The position numbers and the translations under genes were made by a program. A stretch of DNA of 60,995 bases, the filler included, from Jimgerdemannia flammicorona (taxonomy: Eukaryota): assembly GCA_003990765.1 (NCBI GenBank). It is 3 parts of 3 records of this genome, joined end to end, with 100 filler letters (N's around TTAATTAATTAA, not from the genome) between each part and the next. Parts side by side here need not be neighbours in the genome. Positions count along the whole stretch, not along the records: positions 1 to 20,268 come from RBNJ01001720.1; 2 more parts are not named here. The stretch is one strand, 5' to 3'. The notes below the pieces were generated by a model. It had not been told where the DNA came from, did not search any database, and saw nothing but the letters and a program-made list of their open reading frames with translations. This document shows, in pieces, positions 1 to 13,872 of this stretch; within the stretch, counting starts at the first letter, position 1; each line of letters starts with the position of its first letter.

Positions 1-1502
1 TTTTTTTAAAATAAATCTTCCATCATCCGAAACAGTTGCTTCAGCCGACCGAAGAAAAAAAGGATACATACCACAGCAAACTCCAGTGCGCGCTGGATCA
101 TTGCAAATGTTGAGTTCCAACGCGTACAGACGTCCAATATAAGCTCTTTCGGGGCTAAACTGATTGCCCTACACTGTGCAGCGAATTTGTCTTATCATTG
201 TGGGGATGATCGGACCGACACAACCAGTTTGCGCAGCTTGGAAATTATACTCAGGGCCCCTCCTCTCTCAGATGTTTTGTCTATGTGCGTAAGATAGTCC
301 TGAACAGTGAGGTTCAGTACGTGGGCCTGGCATTGCACATGGTAGCTTTCTGTACTGAAGGCTACATTTTCCTGTTTGAGGCTGGCCACTAAACCTTGGA
401 AAAATGTTGAGTTGTTTGTGGCATTGTCTGTCGTAATGGCCAAAATCTGTACTTGAAATATTTGGTTGATAAGTTTATGTGAAAATAAGTAACCAATAAA
501 ATCTGGTTTGGTTTAGGACCTCTCTCAAAACGCCGACCTGATGGCAAGCCCCCCTTTTTTACCTTAGTGGTGATCCCAAACTCTCGGATACAACTAATAA
601 AAGTATCTGTGATGTTGTCTCCAGAATAAGGGCCAGCAAGTTTGACGAAGTCAAGGGTGAGAGATTTAAGCTGCCAATCGAGGTCAATCCAATGACCGGT
701 AATGCCCAGAAACGAAATTGCATTGGGGGATATCTATGTGTCAATCGTAAATGAAATTTTGCCTGCCGAATTCTGCTTATTGAATGTGAGGTTAAATTGG
801 TGAGCTCTTTTGTATAATTCAGCTTGTAAAGGTCATGGTGCTGCTCTTATTTTACCTGAAGTATCTGGTGGAGATTGTCGTGCTCCTTCCTATAGGCCTC
901 CAGGACATCTTTGCGAATAGTATCGGCACTTGGCAAATATAAATCATACTTGAGGAGGCCAAAGATACTATGCAATTGATCACTCTCGATGGTTGTGAAT
1001 GGCTGGTCTGTGCACACAATCCAGCGAACGAGCCGATTTCGAAATTCTGCCAAAGAGTATGGCTAAAATTTTTGATTAAATGACGTTGTTGGTACAGAAA
1101 TGATCAGGCAATCGGATAAACGTACCCACCACAGCTTGGATGTCGATTTTATTTGTCTCCATGTTCTTTTTGATTTTGTCAGAGTGCTTGTCTTTTATGT
1201 GTCGATTTATGTTCAAAGTTGTACCCCCAAGCATTTTGAACTTCTGGCTGGTGCAGTTCATGGGGGTGGATGAAACAATATCATGTGTGTGTCAAACAAT
1301 ATCATGTGTGTGTCAGACAAAGTGTCAATAGGTGCATCTTAATTTTTTACCTGCAATAATTACAAACAACATCATCTCCTATCTTAGTACAATGTTGCCA
1401 GATTTTGGAGCGAGGATTGCGTGGAAGGTGTGGAACTATCAGGGATGTTTGACTTGAAGCATCATCGGTACTGTGGACTGTTGAAGACTGATCTGTCGAC
1501 AT
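1..1502 (-). pseudogene. hAT-superfamily transposase, intron-containing, inactivated by nonsense mutations; runs off the window start
   Basis: Spliced translation from ATG at 1502 gives a BED finger (RSKIWQHC..VCNYC/SQKFKMLGGTTLNINRHIKDKH), a Hermes-type DNA-binding segment (LVRWIVCTDQPFTTIE), ISFTIDT*ISP..FLGITGHWID, ITTDNATNN, CQAHVLNL and VRSSPQ. Stops at 734-736 (TGG>TAG) and 192-197 (TGA TAA). Confidence 0.92.
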
Positions 1503-1586
1503 GTGTGTTTGCGTGTTTGCATGTGCATGTATATGTATGCGTGTGTGTGTATTGTGTTGTGGACGCGTCCGGCATATGAGTCATGT

Positions 1587-2022
1587 GGAGGATTTGGATT
1601 GGAGGATTCGGTTGAAGGATTCGGATGAGGATTTGGATTGAAGAATTCGAATTGGAGGATTCGAATTGGAGGATTCGAATTGGAGGATTCGGATTGAGTG
1701 ATTCGGATTGAGTGATTCGGATTGAGTGATTCGGATTGAGTGATTCGGATTGAGTGGTTCGGATTGGAGTGGTTCGGATGGGTGATTCGGATGGGTGATT
1801 CGGATGGGGCGATTCGGATGGGGTGATTCGGATTGAGTGATTCGGATTGAGTGATTCGGATTGGGGTGGTTCGGATGGGTGATTCGGATGGGGCGATTCA
1901 GATGGGGCGATTCGGATTAAATCCGAGTTGATCCGGATGGTTTCGGATTTGAGATTCGAATCAAACCGTCATGTGACGAATCGAATCCGGATTTGATTCG
2001 AATTGACTCGTTCGGAGCACTA
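1587..2022 (-). mobile_element. Left end of hAT element: array of GATTCGGA(T) subterminal repeats plus TIR (5'-TAGTGCTCCGAAC on minus strand)
   Basis: Many GATTCG-containing 12-15-bp units upstream of the transposase ATG; the terminus matches the hAT YARNG consensus. Confidence 0.8.
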
Positions 2023-2509
2023 TTTAGGTCAAACCATTATGTAATAAATCAAATCCAAATTTGATTCAAATCAACTCATTCAGAGTACTACTTTTATATA
2101 TATTTAATTTACTATTTATAAAGAAATAAGAGTTAATAAAAAAATAATAAGATAGTAATTTATTTATAAGTATTATAATTTAATCTATAAATCTTAATAA
2201 ATCTTAATAAACTTTAAAGATATAAAAAAATATATATATTAAAAAACTAATTTTATAAAATAATTATCTATTTTATTTAATTTTTTTTATATCTCTTTAT
2301 AAGTTTAAAAAAATAATTTTTATTATATTAAGTCAAAATTTGATACAAGTTACATATGTCTTAAAAAGGAAATTACTATATAATTTTATATAAATTTTAT
2401 AATAGTATACATCATAATTAGCCTAATTATTGTCAAAAAATATTATTATATAATGATTTTTAGTGACATAAGTATTATTTTACCCAATCATTGACAAATA
2501 CATAACTAT

Positions 2510-4241
2510 TTCATTTTGTATACCCTTTCTCTGGAACCCCTAATAGACCAAATTAGGTAGAGGGTAGTGGGGCTCTCTATCTATGGAATTGAGTAGAAAG
2601 TTGGGGCCTTTGTAGATGATATGGTGGTTGGTTTGGAATCGATTGCTAATGTCGAGAAGCTCAAAAAGATAGTGGAGTAATATGAAGAAAACTCTGGGGC
2701 TAAGTTAAATTGGTATAAGTATGAAACAATGGTACTAGGCAATAGCCTAGTGGGAGGAGAAGTTATAGGAACAATTGTCCCCATCGGTGAGGCAGTGTGG
2801 TATTTAGGTATCTATTTGTCAGTCTATGGATCAGTTCTGACTAGGCTTTGGTAAGAGCAGAGAATTGGAATCTGGGGGGAGGACCTACAGAGTTGGGGGG
2901 GGAAGATACTTTTCTCTGGTGGGGTAGGTTTCGATTTGAATATCTATTGGCTGCTGAAGTTGTAGTATCTGGCTTATCATTTGGACTTCCCAGCCTGAGT
3001 GGTAAAGAGATTGGTGAAGGTAGCAAAGAAATGGATTTGGGCTAGCAGACAGAGTCAGATTGGTTAGGAGATCTTATCTCTACTAGTGGAGAGAGAGGGT
3101 ATTGAGATGGTGGATTTTTCCAAGTATTTATACTGCTTGAGGGTATGGTGGCTAAAGAGAGCAGTGGAGCTGTGAGGAGGTAGTTGGGTTCCCCTGCTAC
3201 AGAAGATCTGGGAGAGACAGACATCACCAAGAGACTTGACTGGCAATCTCCTCTCATTGGTTAGACTTTGGAATACTAAACTATTGTAATACAAAGGATT
3301 CTGGTGGGAGATAGCAAAGGGGACACACCACATCAGTATTCGCTTGCAGGAGAATGAGGGAGAGGTGGCTTGGGACCTGGTGATGTAGAGATGGGATAGT
3401 ATACTACTAAGTGGTGTTTCTTTAATTGAGTTTGACATTGGGGATGAAATAGAATGCCAAAAGGGACCAGGCCAGGATCTATGGCCTAGCGGTTAGCAAG
3501 GAGTTAGAATTGAAGAGGAGTGGGACTGATAAGGTATTTGGACCTGGAGTGCCACAGTATAAAAGTGAATACCACCAAAGTACTGGGTGGTCTGGTGGTG
3601 CATACTGAGGAGAAATGTAATGTTCAACTTCTGCTTGGGGTACCTAATCATAGGGGGTTGCTTCAACTGTGAGAAGTATCTTAATGTAGGGCAGGAAGGG
3701 GGCTTTGTACAGATACCAGAACATTGGCTAGGAGAGTGTGAGATATTGGGAGACTTTTGGAGGACTATTAAGGATTACTTAGGGGTGAGATGTTGGAGAG
3801 GTGAAGTATGGGAGAGGTGGGAGAACTTGAGGGATCGATTGATAGAGGAGGTAGGAAAGGAATGGCTTACCTTGGGCTGGGCATTGGCCATTTGAGTAGG
3901 GCTGGCCAGTTACTGGCTATTTGTATTTGAGGATGAAAGGAGACAGAGCTTAGAGAGCTGGTCATTGCAGTGGCAGAGTCTTATAGAAGATACCTTGACA
4001 GGCTGGTGGCTTGGTTGGAGGCCACGGGGGGGGTGGAGGTGCCACTTGATGGTGAAAATCTGTAGACAGAGTAGTGGAAGAGTTGGAGTCATTGGTAAGA
4101 GGGTGATCTTTATTCATGAAGAGGCAGAGAGAGGCTCTTCCATGGAGATTGGGTAGTAGGTGGTGATAATGTATACTTATTCATAGACTGGTAATAAAGA
4201 TAGAGTTTGAGTAACTATAAAAAAAAAAAATAAAAAAAAAA
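2510..4241 (+). mobile_element. 5'-truncated, decayed non-LTR retrotransposon (L1/Tx1-like), 3' part of RT ORF plus polyA tail
   Basis: Colinear with the LINE at 39040-40635 (KVGAFVDDMVVG, EHWLGECE); AATAAA near 4193 then A-tract 4220-4241. Confidence 0.88.
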
Positions 4242-5567
4242 ATATATATATACATGACTATTTTGATGACGTATCCATGGAACCGGCAGTCAAACTATTT
4301 AGTCACATGGTGTGGTTTATAGATGTAGTAATCAACCTGAGGATAAGCAGCCACACATAGGAGCCACGCGGCTAACACCTATAGTAGCAATGACGAGAAG
4401 CAGTCACACGCAAATCTAGCTCGGCTAACCCCTCAACTTGCTGAGTTTATAATTATAGAATTAAAATTTTAAATGATCCAACAGACTAAATCCAACTCAG
4501 TTGTTGATAAGTAATGCTCCAAATTACTATAAATATTGCAGTACATAAATAACTCACACATATTTGGCATATCAGATTCGTGACCCCAATCAAACTTTCG
4601 GAGGTGATCCCGATTATAAAATCCGAGTCAAAGGCACCAAAACAATCTCGGCACAGCCCAACCTTTATCAAATGTGGGGAGATTTCCAAATGGTTAGGTT
4701 GTTGGGAAGGGGAAAAAATGGTGGTTTGACATATAAATCCAATTCGGAGATCGTGCATATATATTTACGCATATTGAAACAGATCGGACATCAATTTGCG
4801 TCAACAAAAACGCCACCATGAAAAAACCTTGCCCTGTGCGGAGCTGAATGTTGTTGGCCGCCGCAGCCGCACGAGATTCTCGTCAAGACTAGCTCCGTCG
4901 CGACGAAGTACAAGCGCTTAACTCTGTCAATTGGAAGGCGGCGAATGATTGGTAGCTAACCCCATCGTGCTGGGGTCCGATGCCAGTGGTGTTGTAGAGA
5001 GCTGGGGGGAGATTTAAGAGTGGAGATGAAGTGTAGGTTTTGGCGGGTGTCGGAGGTCGGAGCCACACCCCATGAGCTGCACCGTCGGGATCCGTGACCC
5101 CGGCGGAGGGAGAAGTTGTGCCGAGGTTTGTGTTGTTAGGTGGTCAGTGGGAGAAATGTTACACCGGGTAGGTTGGAGGTGTTGGAAATGGTAGATGATT
5201 ATTACAAATAGGGCCGGCAGTGCTAATGTTTACATAAGTATTTTCCGTGCCTGTTCTTATGTGGCCATGCTCATTAACCACACGTAGTGTCTCTGTCAAT
5301 AATAAGTTGGTCGTTCATTCAGCAGATACCGCTTGAAAAGGGGTAAGCTATTTGCATTTGAGATAAATAAAATAAAATAAAATGAACACTTGCATTTGAG
5401 ATATATAAAATAAAATAAAGGGAGGTATCGCAGTCGTAGCTCATGGATTATTTTTATTTTTTATTTTTAAAAAAGTGAGCCAAAAATAAAATTTCCGTCA
5501 CTTTCGTGATCTGTCGGAAGTAGTCAACACCAAACTTCCACACAATCAAATTCACACCTCCAAAGCC

Positions 5568-6278
5568 TCACCAATCGGTCGCCTTACACTTCTCACTCGC
5601 CCCTTTACACGCCCCCTTCTCCCTCATCCCCTCAATCTTACACGCATTCACAGTAGCCCACCCGCCACCCGACATTCCGCCCCTCTCGAGCGCGTACTCC
5701 CAATAATGCAGCGGGCACAACAGGATGGGTCCGATCTCGGGCCCATACTCGTCCTCTATCACCTCGCCCACGTGCGCCATGTCTGCCCCGTTGTGGGGGC
5801 AGTACCGATCCGCTCCGTACCGTCTCCCGTCTGACAGCGTCACCACAATTCGTTCTTTGTCCGACGGGTCAATGCTAATTTGGGAGGAGAAGGGCTCCGG
5901 TGGCGTGAAGGGTTTGGTCGGTGGAGTGGAGGGCGTGGGTGTGAGGTTGATGGTGACGGGAGGGTTTGCGGGAGGAGTTGCTGAGGAGGAAGAGGACCAA
6001 GCGTTGGGGATGGGCGTGGGTTTGGGTGCCACATCGGGTTCGGAAATATTGCCCACTTTGGTCTCCGCCGCATCTTCATTCGAGGCGGCGGTCGAGATCC
6101 CAGCATCCCGGCTCGACGAGGAAGGAGTCTGATCGGAGGTGGGCATCTGTGGACCGGACACCGCCGCGGGAGACGGGCGGCCGAGGTTGAGCTTGCTTAG
6201 GACCGCCGACACCTCATTCTCGGTGGGCTTCTTCGCCGACCTATATTTGATGGTGGGCTCGAACCTGGAGGAGGACAT
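5568..6278 (-). CDS. Rieske [2Fe-2S] domain protein with Pro/Ser-rich disordered N-terminus
   Basis: Intronless 236-aa ORF with Rieske ligand motifs CPHNGA and CPLHYWEY. Confidence 0.88.
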   Translation of the reverse strand: MSSSRFEPTIKYRSAKKPTENEVSAVLSKLNLGRPSPAAVSGPQMPTSDQTPSSSSRDAGISTAASNEDAAETKVGNISEPDVAPKPTPIPNAWSSSSSATPPANPPVTINLTPTPSTPPTKPFTPPEPFSSQISIDPSDKERIVVTLSDGRRYGADRYCPHNGADMAHVGEVIEDEYGPEIGPILLCPLHYWEYALERGGMSGGGWATVNACKIEGMREKGACKGASEKCKATDW

Positions 6279-7945
6279 GGATTTCGCTGTCGTCGAATGT
6301 GATTGGAATGGTCTATCTTGATGAATCTTATCACGTGATCGATGATCGGGGTGGCTTTGCCGCGATAGTTCGGAAATCCTATGATGCTTTTTTTTCTTTT
6401 CTTTTTTGGGAGCTGGAAGTTTGAGCGTGGTGACTATAGAAGTCCTATTAGCCAGTCGATAAGCGCCTTTTCATGTCCATATCCCCTAGGCCCCTAGGCC
6501 CCTAGGCCATCCAAAAGAAGACCGTTGGCATGAGAGCCTCTTAAGACGTAGAACTTTTGAGCATAAGCCATCATGCTTCAAGCTGTTCTAAGAAAGGTTT
6601 CTTGAATTGAACCGCCGAATTGAATTTGCTTCGCATGCTCATGATGCCCCCAAAAACCATATATATTGATGCTAATTTTGCAATCACGTCAAAGACATCT
6701 CCGGACACCCCAGTTTCCACTTTTACGCAAAAAGGCAAGTATTCACATTTTTCGTGGTGCGTCAAAAATCTACTAATATGGGTTCGCCTGATCCACTCTC
6801 GTCATGCCAACTGTCTGACTTTGATTCAGCCTATAATTAATAACCTGTGCTCCCATTGCGATTCAGTCAGGTAATCTTAAAGATCGCCATCCCTCAGGGC
6901 ACATACCGGGTCGCTACCGAAAATTCGATGAGTTCGACCACACTCACTGTCTCCAACGATACGCTCTCCTCAACAATATCTCGTTATATCGTTATATTCA
7001 GAGGCGAATATGCTACTTTGCCGTAGCCTCGTTGGAGCACACGTGACTTCATTTCAGTCATGTGCAGCTGTGACTGGCCTTCAATTTTTGACAGGAACTG
7101 CGGCTCGGAACCACGGATGCAAACAATTAAAATGTAAGAAGATGCGCAACCGCCCTGTCAACTTTCAAGCTATATTATTCGGCCTATCGGAGGCGCACGT
7201 GGTTCCCACCCCCTTTTCCTGTTCGCGTGGACTTGGCGTAAGCTACCAATATCCTAAACGCGCTTCGACCATTCCTTCCAGGTTGCGCCCACATGGAATA
7301 ATTTTCTTAATTTGGAGATTGAGCCTTATAACATCAACTGAATGTACTTTCAAAGCCTATCAAATGTATCAAATGCATTATGCATGCTGCCACTCGCCTA
7401 ATTCCGACGAGGCTTGGCCTTGGCGCTGACCTGAAATGTTGGGGACCATATTCCATCTCATTCGTGCCGGGGGCGGTACCTTTTGCGCAAGTGTTGGGGA
7501 GCCACAGCATAAAATTTACAAAGTGGCTGTAGGAGCCACATGTTAGATCACTTCATAAGTTGGCCAGGGTACCAGTGGAATGGCCAAAAATAATTATAGG
7601 GTTCTGTAAATGGCCATACCGCCGGAAGACGGAGAAGTTGAGTGGGGTACATGGAGACCAAAACGAGTTAAAATGGGTGGCTGATGTGCGACCCAAAATA
7701 TTTTTCCCTATGCCTGGGAAACATATTTTCTACGGCACATGAAACTCCAATCGTAAGCATAATGTCATTTCTTTTAACCGTCCTAGTCATTTCCGAAGCG
7801 GAACATGCTTCCCGTGATTGTACTTAATCAAACCCCATTGGCCGGGCGAGCGAGGATATAGATCAACGCTCTTGGGCTTCCAAATCCTTCAGCCGCCGCT
7901 TCTCTTCCGACTAAGAACCCCCTGAAACCCGACTTCTCACAAAAA

Positions 7946-9346
7946 ATGGATGTCGCAATGCATCGCAGCCTACACCTCACAGAACAGCCGTGGCAAATAC
8001 AAACTCCGTCTACTGCAGCTAAACCGCAGGCTCCTAGAAAGAACCGAGGTATGAAGCGGACGTGCACCGACCGCCAAGGAGATGACAGCGTCCACGGCAG
8101 CAGCAGCGGAAGAACAACGACTGGTGCCATGAAACGCAACGCAATGGTGGCCGGTTTACAGACTCAACCCATCGCAGACGAATACAAGCAGCAAGGCCCG
8201 GCTTGCCTCGAAAACGTGGAGGACGACAGCTTTTCGCCCAAACGGCAACGGCCCGACCAGGAACAGTGCGACGCAATCGAGAATGAAATCACGCCAAAGC
8301 TGGAGTTTCCAGGGATCGACCTGAATGACTTCCCGAGTTTCCCGACTGACGACATCGGCTTCGGTCATGTGATGGAAAATTCTATGACAAGCCTGGAAGA
8401 CGCGGCAATATCACTCTTTGGCCAAATCTTTCTGAACAATCCTAATCCATACCAAGAATATCTGGAATACACATCGCCTTCCGAATCCTCGTCCACATCT
8501 ACATGCTCCTCGCCTCCGGAAATCTACGCGGAAACCCCATGCACTACATTCAACGACCCTACTGCTGGGATCCAAACGATTCCGCTGATATTCTCGCCCT
8601 GGCCTGAGGCATCCGAAACATGTTGCACAGGTGGTTCATGCTCCGCCTCCAATACCGACTCCTGCAATTCCCATTACAGTTACCCCCCAACACCCCCCGA
8701 AAAAACCCCCCTCGACTTCATCCTTCCCTATCCCTCGGCCCGCCGCATTTCCTTCCCGACACCCACCTCCACCCGGATCCCCACATACTCACGCTGGGCC
8801 CCATGCCCAAGCTGCGAAACCACTCTCCCCTTCACCCGCGACCGCGAACCCATTTTCTGCCCCTGCGGCGCCTCCTTCTCCGCAAACATCAACAACATCA
8901 ACAATATTACCAGCCAGCGCCGCAGATCTAACCAAAACTACATGGCACCCCACCCAAGCATCGGCCTAGCTAACCCGTGGACTCCAACAGAGGCCCCCCC
9001 CTCGCCGCCGTCCGACGCCGTGCCTTCCACTCCGCCTCCCAGTATTCGCATTCGCCCCGAAGACCCTTGGACAGCTCCGAACTTCGAACAGCCCCAGGGG
9101 GATATCCAACGCGGCGTGGTCATGACAACCCACCGCCGCAACGCCTCCGGGTGGTTTATCCAGATGCTCGACACGCTCCAGTGCGGATACTGCGGCGAGG
9201 CCTTCCCGCAACTGCTGACACTGCAGGCGCATTTGAACCAGACGAGGAAGCATGACGTTTGGGGATGCTGTGGAAGATTTTATAGAAAAAAGCAGGATCT
9301 GATGCAACACGAGGAGAGGGTGCACGGAAAGGCGTGGGAGGCCTAA
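7946..9346 (+). CDS. C2H2 zinc-finger protein (putative transcription factor)
   Basis: Intronless 466-aa ORF; C-terminal CGYCGEAFPQLLTLQAHLNQTRKH and CCGRFYRKKQDLMQHEERVH; internal CPSC..CPCG motif; basic PKRQR. Confidence 0.85.
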   Translation: MDVAMHRSLHLTEQPWQIQTPSTAAKPQAPRKNRGMKRTCTDRQGDDSVHGSSSGRTTTGAMKRNAMVAGLQTQPIADEYKQQGPACLENVEDDSFSPKRQRPDQEQCDAIENEITPKLEFPGIDLNDFPSFPTDDIGFGHVMENSMTSLEDAAISLFGQIFLNNPNPYQEYLEYTSPSESSSTSTCSSPPEIYAETPCTTFNDPTAGIQTIPLIFSPWPEASETCCTGGSCSASNTDSCNSHYSYPPTPPEKTPLDFILPYPSARRISFPTPTSTRIPTYSRWAPCPSCETTLPFTRDREPIFCPCGASFSANINNINNITSQRRRSNQNYMAPHPSIGLANPWTPTEAPPSPPSDAVPSTPPPSIRIRPEDPWTAPNFEQPQGDIQRGVVMTTHRRNASGWFIQMLDTLQCGYCGEAFPQLLTLQAHLNQTRKHDVWGCCGRFYRKKQDLMQHEERVHGKAWEA

Positions 9347-9561
9347 AGACGGCATATTGTAATTAGCATCCCAAACATATTCCCTACTATGCTGATCCTT
9401 ATGATTAGGTTATGATATCTCAAAAATACGGACTAACAGATGCGCAATAGGCACAAATATGTAGGATATAAAGAACAGCGCCATCTATATATGTCTATGT
9501 CAAAAAATTTACTTTCTATATAATAATTATATACGTGCCATACCCTACTTGGCGACCAAAA

Positions 9562-9605
<44 letters not shown>

Positions 9606-10346
9606 ATAGACGGTTCACCACCCAATGACGTCATTCGGGATCTCTGAACGACGGTCGACCTGCATACAAGGAGGGGGTTAAGGCGAACGACTTGCGAGGC
9701 ACGGAGTTTTCCGTTTTTGGGTGTGTCAAAGTTCAACCAACCATCATTCTCCCGCCGACCGGGCCGTCGACTGATCTGGTCATTCCGTCCGGGCTGCGTG
9801 ACCGTCTCTGCAATCCTTCCATGGGTCGAGTCTTTTATAAATTCGGGGCCGACGATTGGATTGATCTCGGCTGCTTATTGCCTAAGGCAGCCGACCGAGA
9901 CATCCACGCCTCACTTATTGAAGCTATTCTAACGGGATTGAAGGAACACATATCCCTATCAGAGGATACCATACCTTTGCCTGCATGTATGTGCACACGG
10001 AACCCATTTCGCTCCGCTAGGTTGTTTGGAATGGTCGCAAATGCCCTGTGGGTTCAATAGGGGTTCTCAAGGAGGTCAAATAAAGTTACGAGCGCGTCAA
10101 GTTAATCAACCCGAAAAATATGTGTCAACCCATCAAGAACGTCTTCTCCATTGACGACGATCAAATCCAATCTTCTCCATTGATGATCAAGTCCAATTTC
10201 TATACACAAGAATAAGACTTCGAACAAAAAGGTCTTCGACACGAGGACGATACCTTATAATTATTTATCATGCACATTGAAGCCCGCCGAACCAAATCCG
10301 ACACAACCGTCGTTGGCCGTGTAACTCCGAAGAGTGCGAAAAAGTG

Positions 10347-10385
<39 letters not shown>

Positions 10386-11001
10386 TTTCCAGAGCCTAAA
10401 CGGATAGATGTCTAAGTAGGATCATAGAAGCAACAAGCAGTAATCAAGGGGTCCCGACCTGCGCGCTGTCCAATCTACGTGAATGAATGAAGGGAAGGAA
10501 TATTACACCAGTATTTACAACACGGGTAAAATGGAGAAACGGCGAAGAGTATGCCCGAGGCCAATTAGGCGAAGGGGAAAATGTCTAGAAAATATGCCGT
10601 GAATTAAATTATCTAAATGAAGGAATGGAAGTAGTACATTGTTCTAGTGTAGGGGTAGATTTTTTTTTTTTTGTGCAAGTCTATATGTAATGAGCGAGGA
10701 GTATCTCGCAAGAGGTAGTAATGTAGAGAAAGAAAAGCGCAGTAAGAGTTTCAAAAAGTGCGAGCCTCCCAGAGGACCACTTGAGCCAAGGGTTAGGTAG
10801 GAAACAAAACTTGGAAGAAAATCTCGGCCGGAAAAATTAACCAAACCCCAGGAGTGGCACGAAGACCAAAATTAATTCTAGGCCTTATGTAGGCAGCCAC
10901 ATAACCTCACCGCCACGCTGGCGTCACAGACGCCGGTAGCGCACGACGTTCCAATAACCCTAGCTCACCGATCACTCCTCCCCCTTCCCGATCAATCGTT
11001 G

Positions 11002-12490
11002 CTACAATTTCACCGTCTTGGCACGGTCCACTAGGCTGCTCTTGCTCTTCTGCTTGCCCTTGGGTCGCTTCATCGTGCCGCCACCACTGGGGCTGCCCGA
11101 GGCGCGACGCTGCTTCCTGCGTTGCCGGAAGAACTCGCGCCAATGATCTATCTCTTTGCGCGTAACCTCGGATTTCTTGCCCTGACGTTTGAATGCGGTC
11201 TAATGGGAAGGTATATGTTTGTATGATGAGGATTTGATGGGACATCGAGTGCAAACGGTAGTATATTAAAAACACGCAAATAAAATATCTGACACCTACA
11301 TCCATTAGGTATTGGCAATTTAACATCCGCTTGGGCATGTTCTGAATCATGAGTGACAACAAAAAAAAACTGTTAGGGACGTTGCTGCTTTCTCATGTTC
11401 GCATATCTGGCTCATAGTATCGCATGCTCACCTGCACAACTTGGAACACCTCAAGGGGATCATTCACTGCCAGGATCTTCGCTTCGTTCATCTTGAAAAT
11501 GGTGAGTGCAACACGGAACAGGATCTTGTGGCCTTCGCTATAAATAAAGATAAAATTGACGTATTGTGATTAGTGCGGGTTCGTCATGTTCATGGCCCAG
11601 CCTAACAATCATCCACGAAATAGCTTGTGAAATGGAAGAATAAAAATACAAATGCATAATGTACTTACTAAAACAAGCAATCCCACACCCTCAACACCGA
11701 TTCGACCGGCAAAATGTTGATGAACAATGTCAAGAACCAATGGCTCGTGACGAGTGTCACGGTGGGCATAGCACCATCGCCGTCCTCGACCTCCCAGAAC
11801 CCCTTTCCGCCCGACAGCTTATTCCACACGGCAGGCACCTTCTCCATGATGAACATCATGAGTACGGACTGGTCTACGTTAGCGCCCTCCATTGTCACGT
11901 CGTACATGCCCTCTGGTAGGAATTCGAGGATGGTCGTCACGAGCATCCAGAAGGCCTCCTCTTCGTCCATAAACAAGAGCAGCATTCCCGCGATGTAGTT
12001 CAGTGACTGGCAGTAGCCGATATGAGGTGCATGCAGCGAGAACGTCTGAAGCACCCGGCGCAGGGACTTGATCGCCGGCACGTTGTCTGGATCAAGCGTC
12101 GTGGAGCCATCCGCGTTGCTGTGTGTCGATTTGAAGCGGATATTCTCGGGGAAGGTGCGGTGAAGATCTATGAAAAGTGAGTGAAAGGAAATGTTGGCGG
12201 TATTTGTGGACAAGTATTTTATGGAGTTCTGTACGCCCGCGGAACACAAGTATTGTCTCTCCTCACACGTCATTGAGTCCTTACCTCGCTCAATGATCTC
12301 AGCAAACTCGTTCGATTCGCTCTTATCTTCCGCCAAACGCAATAGCTGCTTATACACGCCAGGATTCGCTTGCATTTTCGCTTCGGCACCACTGTAATGG
12401 AACCACACCTGGTGGAGCATTGAGATTATGTTAGTCATCAACCACACCCTTTTATAGATCTCCATACATCACTGATCTGACACTAGTCAT

Positions 12491-12548
<58 letters not shown>

Positions 12549-13798
12549 AGTGCGAAGGAGGGCTGATCACGGTAATTACCTTGCCTCTAATGTACGGCGG
12601 GATACCCTTTCTGATAAACCGTTTCACTGGATGCAGAAGGAAGAATGAATGTCAGCAACATGGCAGGAAGTAGATAAATCAAGCCTACCACCGCCAAAGA
12701 CACCATACAAGAATGGACGCTCACACTTGATGCTCCGATCCGGCCACTGCCCGTTGTGCTCAAGCAGTAACGCCTGCCACTTATGCGCGCGACGTTCCTG
12801 GATCGGTTTGTAGAAGGCCTCGAACTCGTGGTGGTCGTCCACGGAGAGCCATTGCGAGATCTTGCGGAAGCCGTACGCGTCCCTGGGGACGTGAAAAACA
12901 AAAAGTACCACGATCACCATTCCGTTCGAAGCACCCGCAACATCCCGTCCCAACCCCTAAATTATATCAAATCGATACCAACCTCTCCTCACCGCTTGCG
13001 CTCCGCGCCGGCGGCGCCTTGGGGACAGTTAGGTCGACGCTCGTGTCATGCGGATCCCCGCGATCGTGCTTCCGGTGAAAGAAGGAGGCACGCCTTGCTG
13101 TGTTGGGGTGGTTGGAGGTTTTGGGCATGGTATGAAGTTTGCCGTTGCTGTTAGTGCTGCTATTTGGACTGTGGGTCGAGGTGGAGGTGGAGGTGGAGGG
13201 GTGGGGATGGGGGTAGGGTTGTGAGGGCGGATGCGACGGTTGCAAGGACTCGTTACTGTGGGTGGAAAGAGCTCCCGTCGACGTCGAGGAATAGGGCGAC
13301 GGAGTGGGGAAGGTGTTGGCTTTGATGGGTGGCGCGCTGTGGGGTCCCTGCTGGGCAGTCGTGTACGCGGACGGAGGGGTCAATTGGGCAAGTTGGGGAC
13401 GTTGGGAGTTGTAGCTGGGGTATTCCGAGTTCGAGTTCGAGTATTCGGTGGTAGGATAGTACTCGCGAGGGGTCTTTGGAGGATTCTGCGAGCTCGGTGA
13501 AAGTGGGGTCTGCGCGTAATTGTTATGGTAGTTGTTGCTCCGGTTGTGGCTGTTGGAATAGTTGTTGTACTGAGGTTGCGGTGGCGGTTGGGGTCCGTGG
13601 GTAGAGGAGGGTGACGGTGGTGCAAAAGAAGTGGGCGACGCAGACAGCGTGGAGCTGAGGGGAGCATAGGTGTCCAGGTAGGGAGGTGATGGGGGTCGCG
13701 TGGGTCGGCGCTGCTGCTGCTGCTGCTGCTGCTGCTGGTTGTAGTGCTGCTGCTGCTGGTAGTGCTGGTGCTGCTGCTGCTGCTGTTGCTGGTGATGC

Positions 13799-13872
<74 letters not shown>

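Noticed and set aside
1587..1960. Regular short repeats resembling a CRISPR array or telomere
   Set aside because: No unique spacers; they sit between the transposase start and the TIR, as hAT subterminal repeats do.
9692..10200. ORF fragment between long T and A runs, possible decayed gene or retrocopy
   Set aside because: No ATG start, no recognisable motif and no TSD; cannot be supported.
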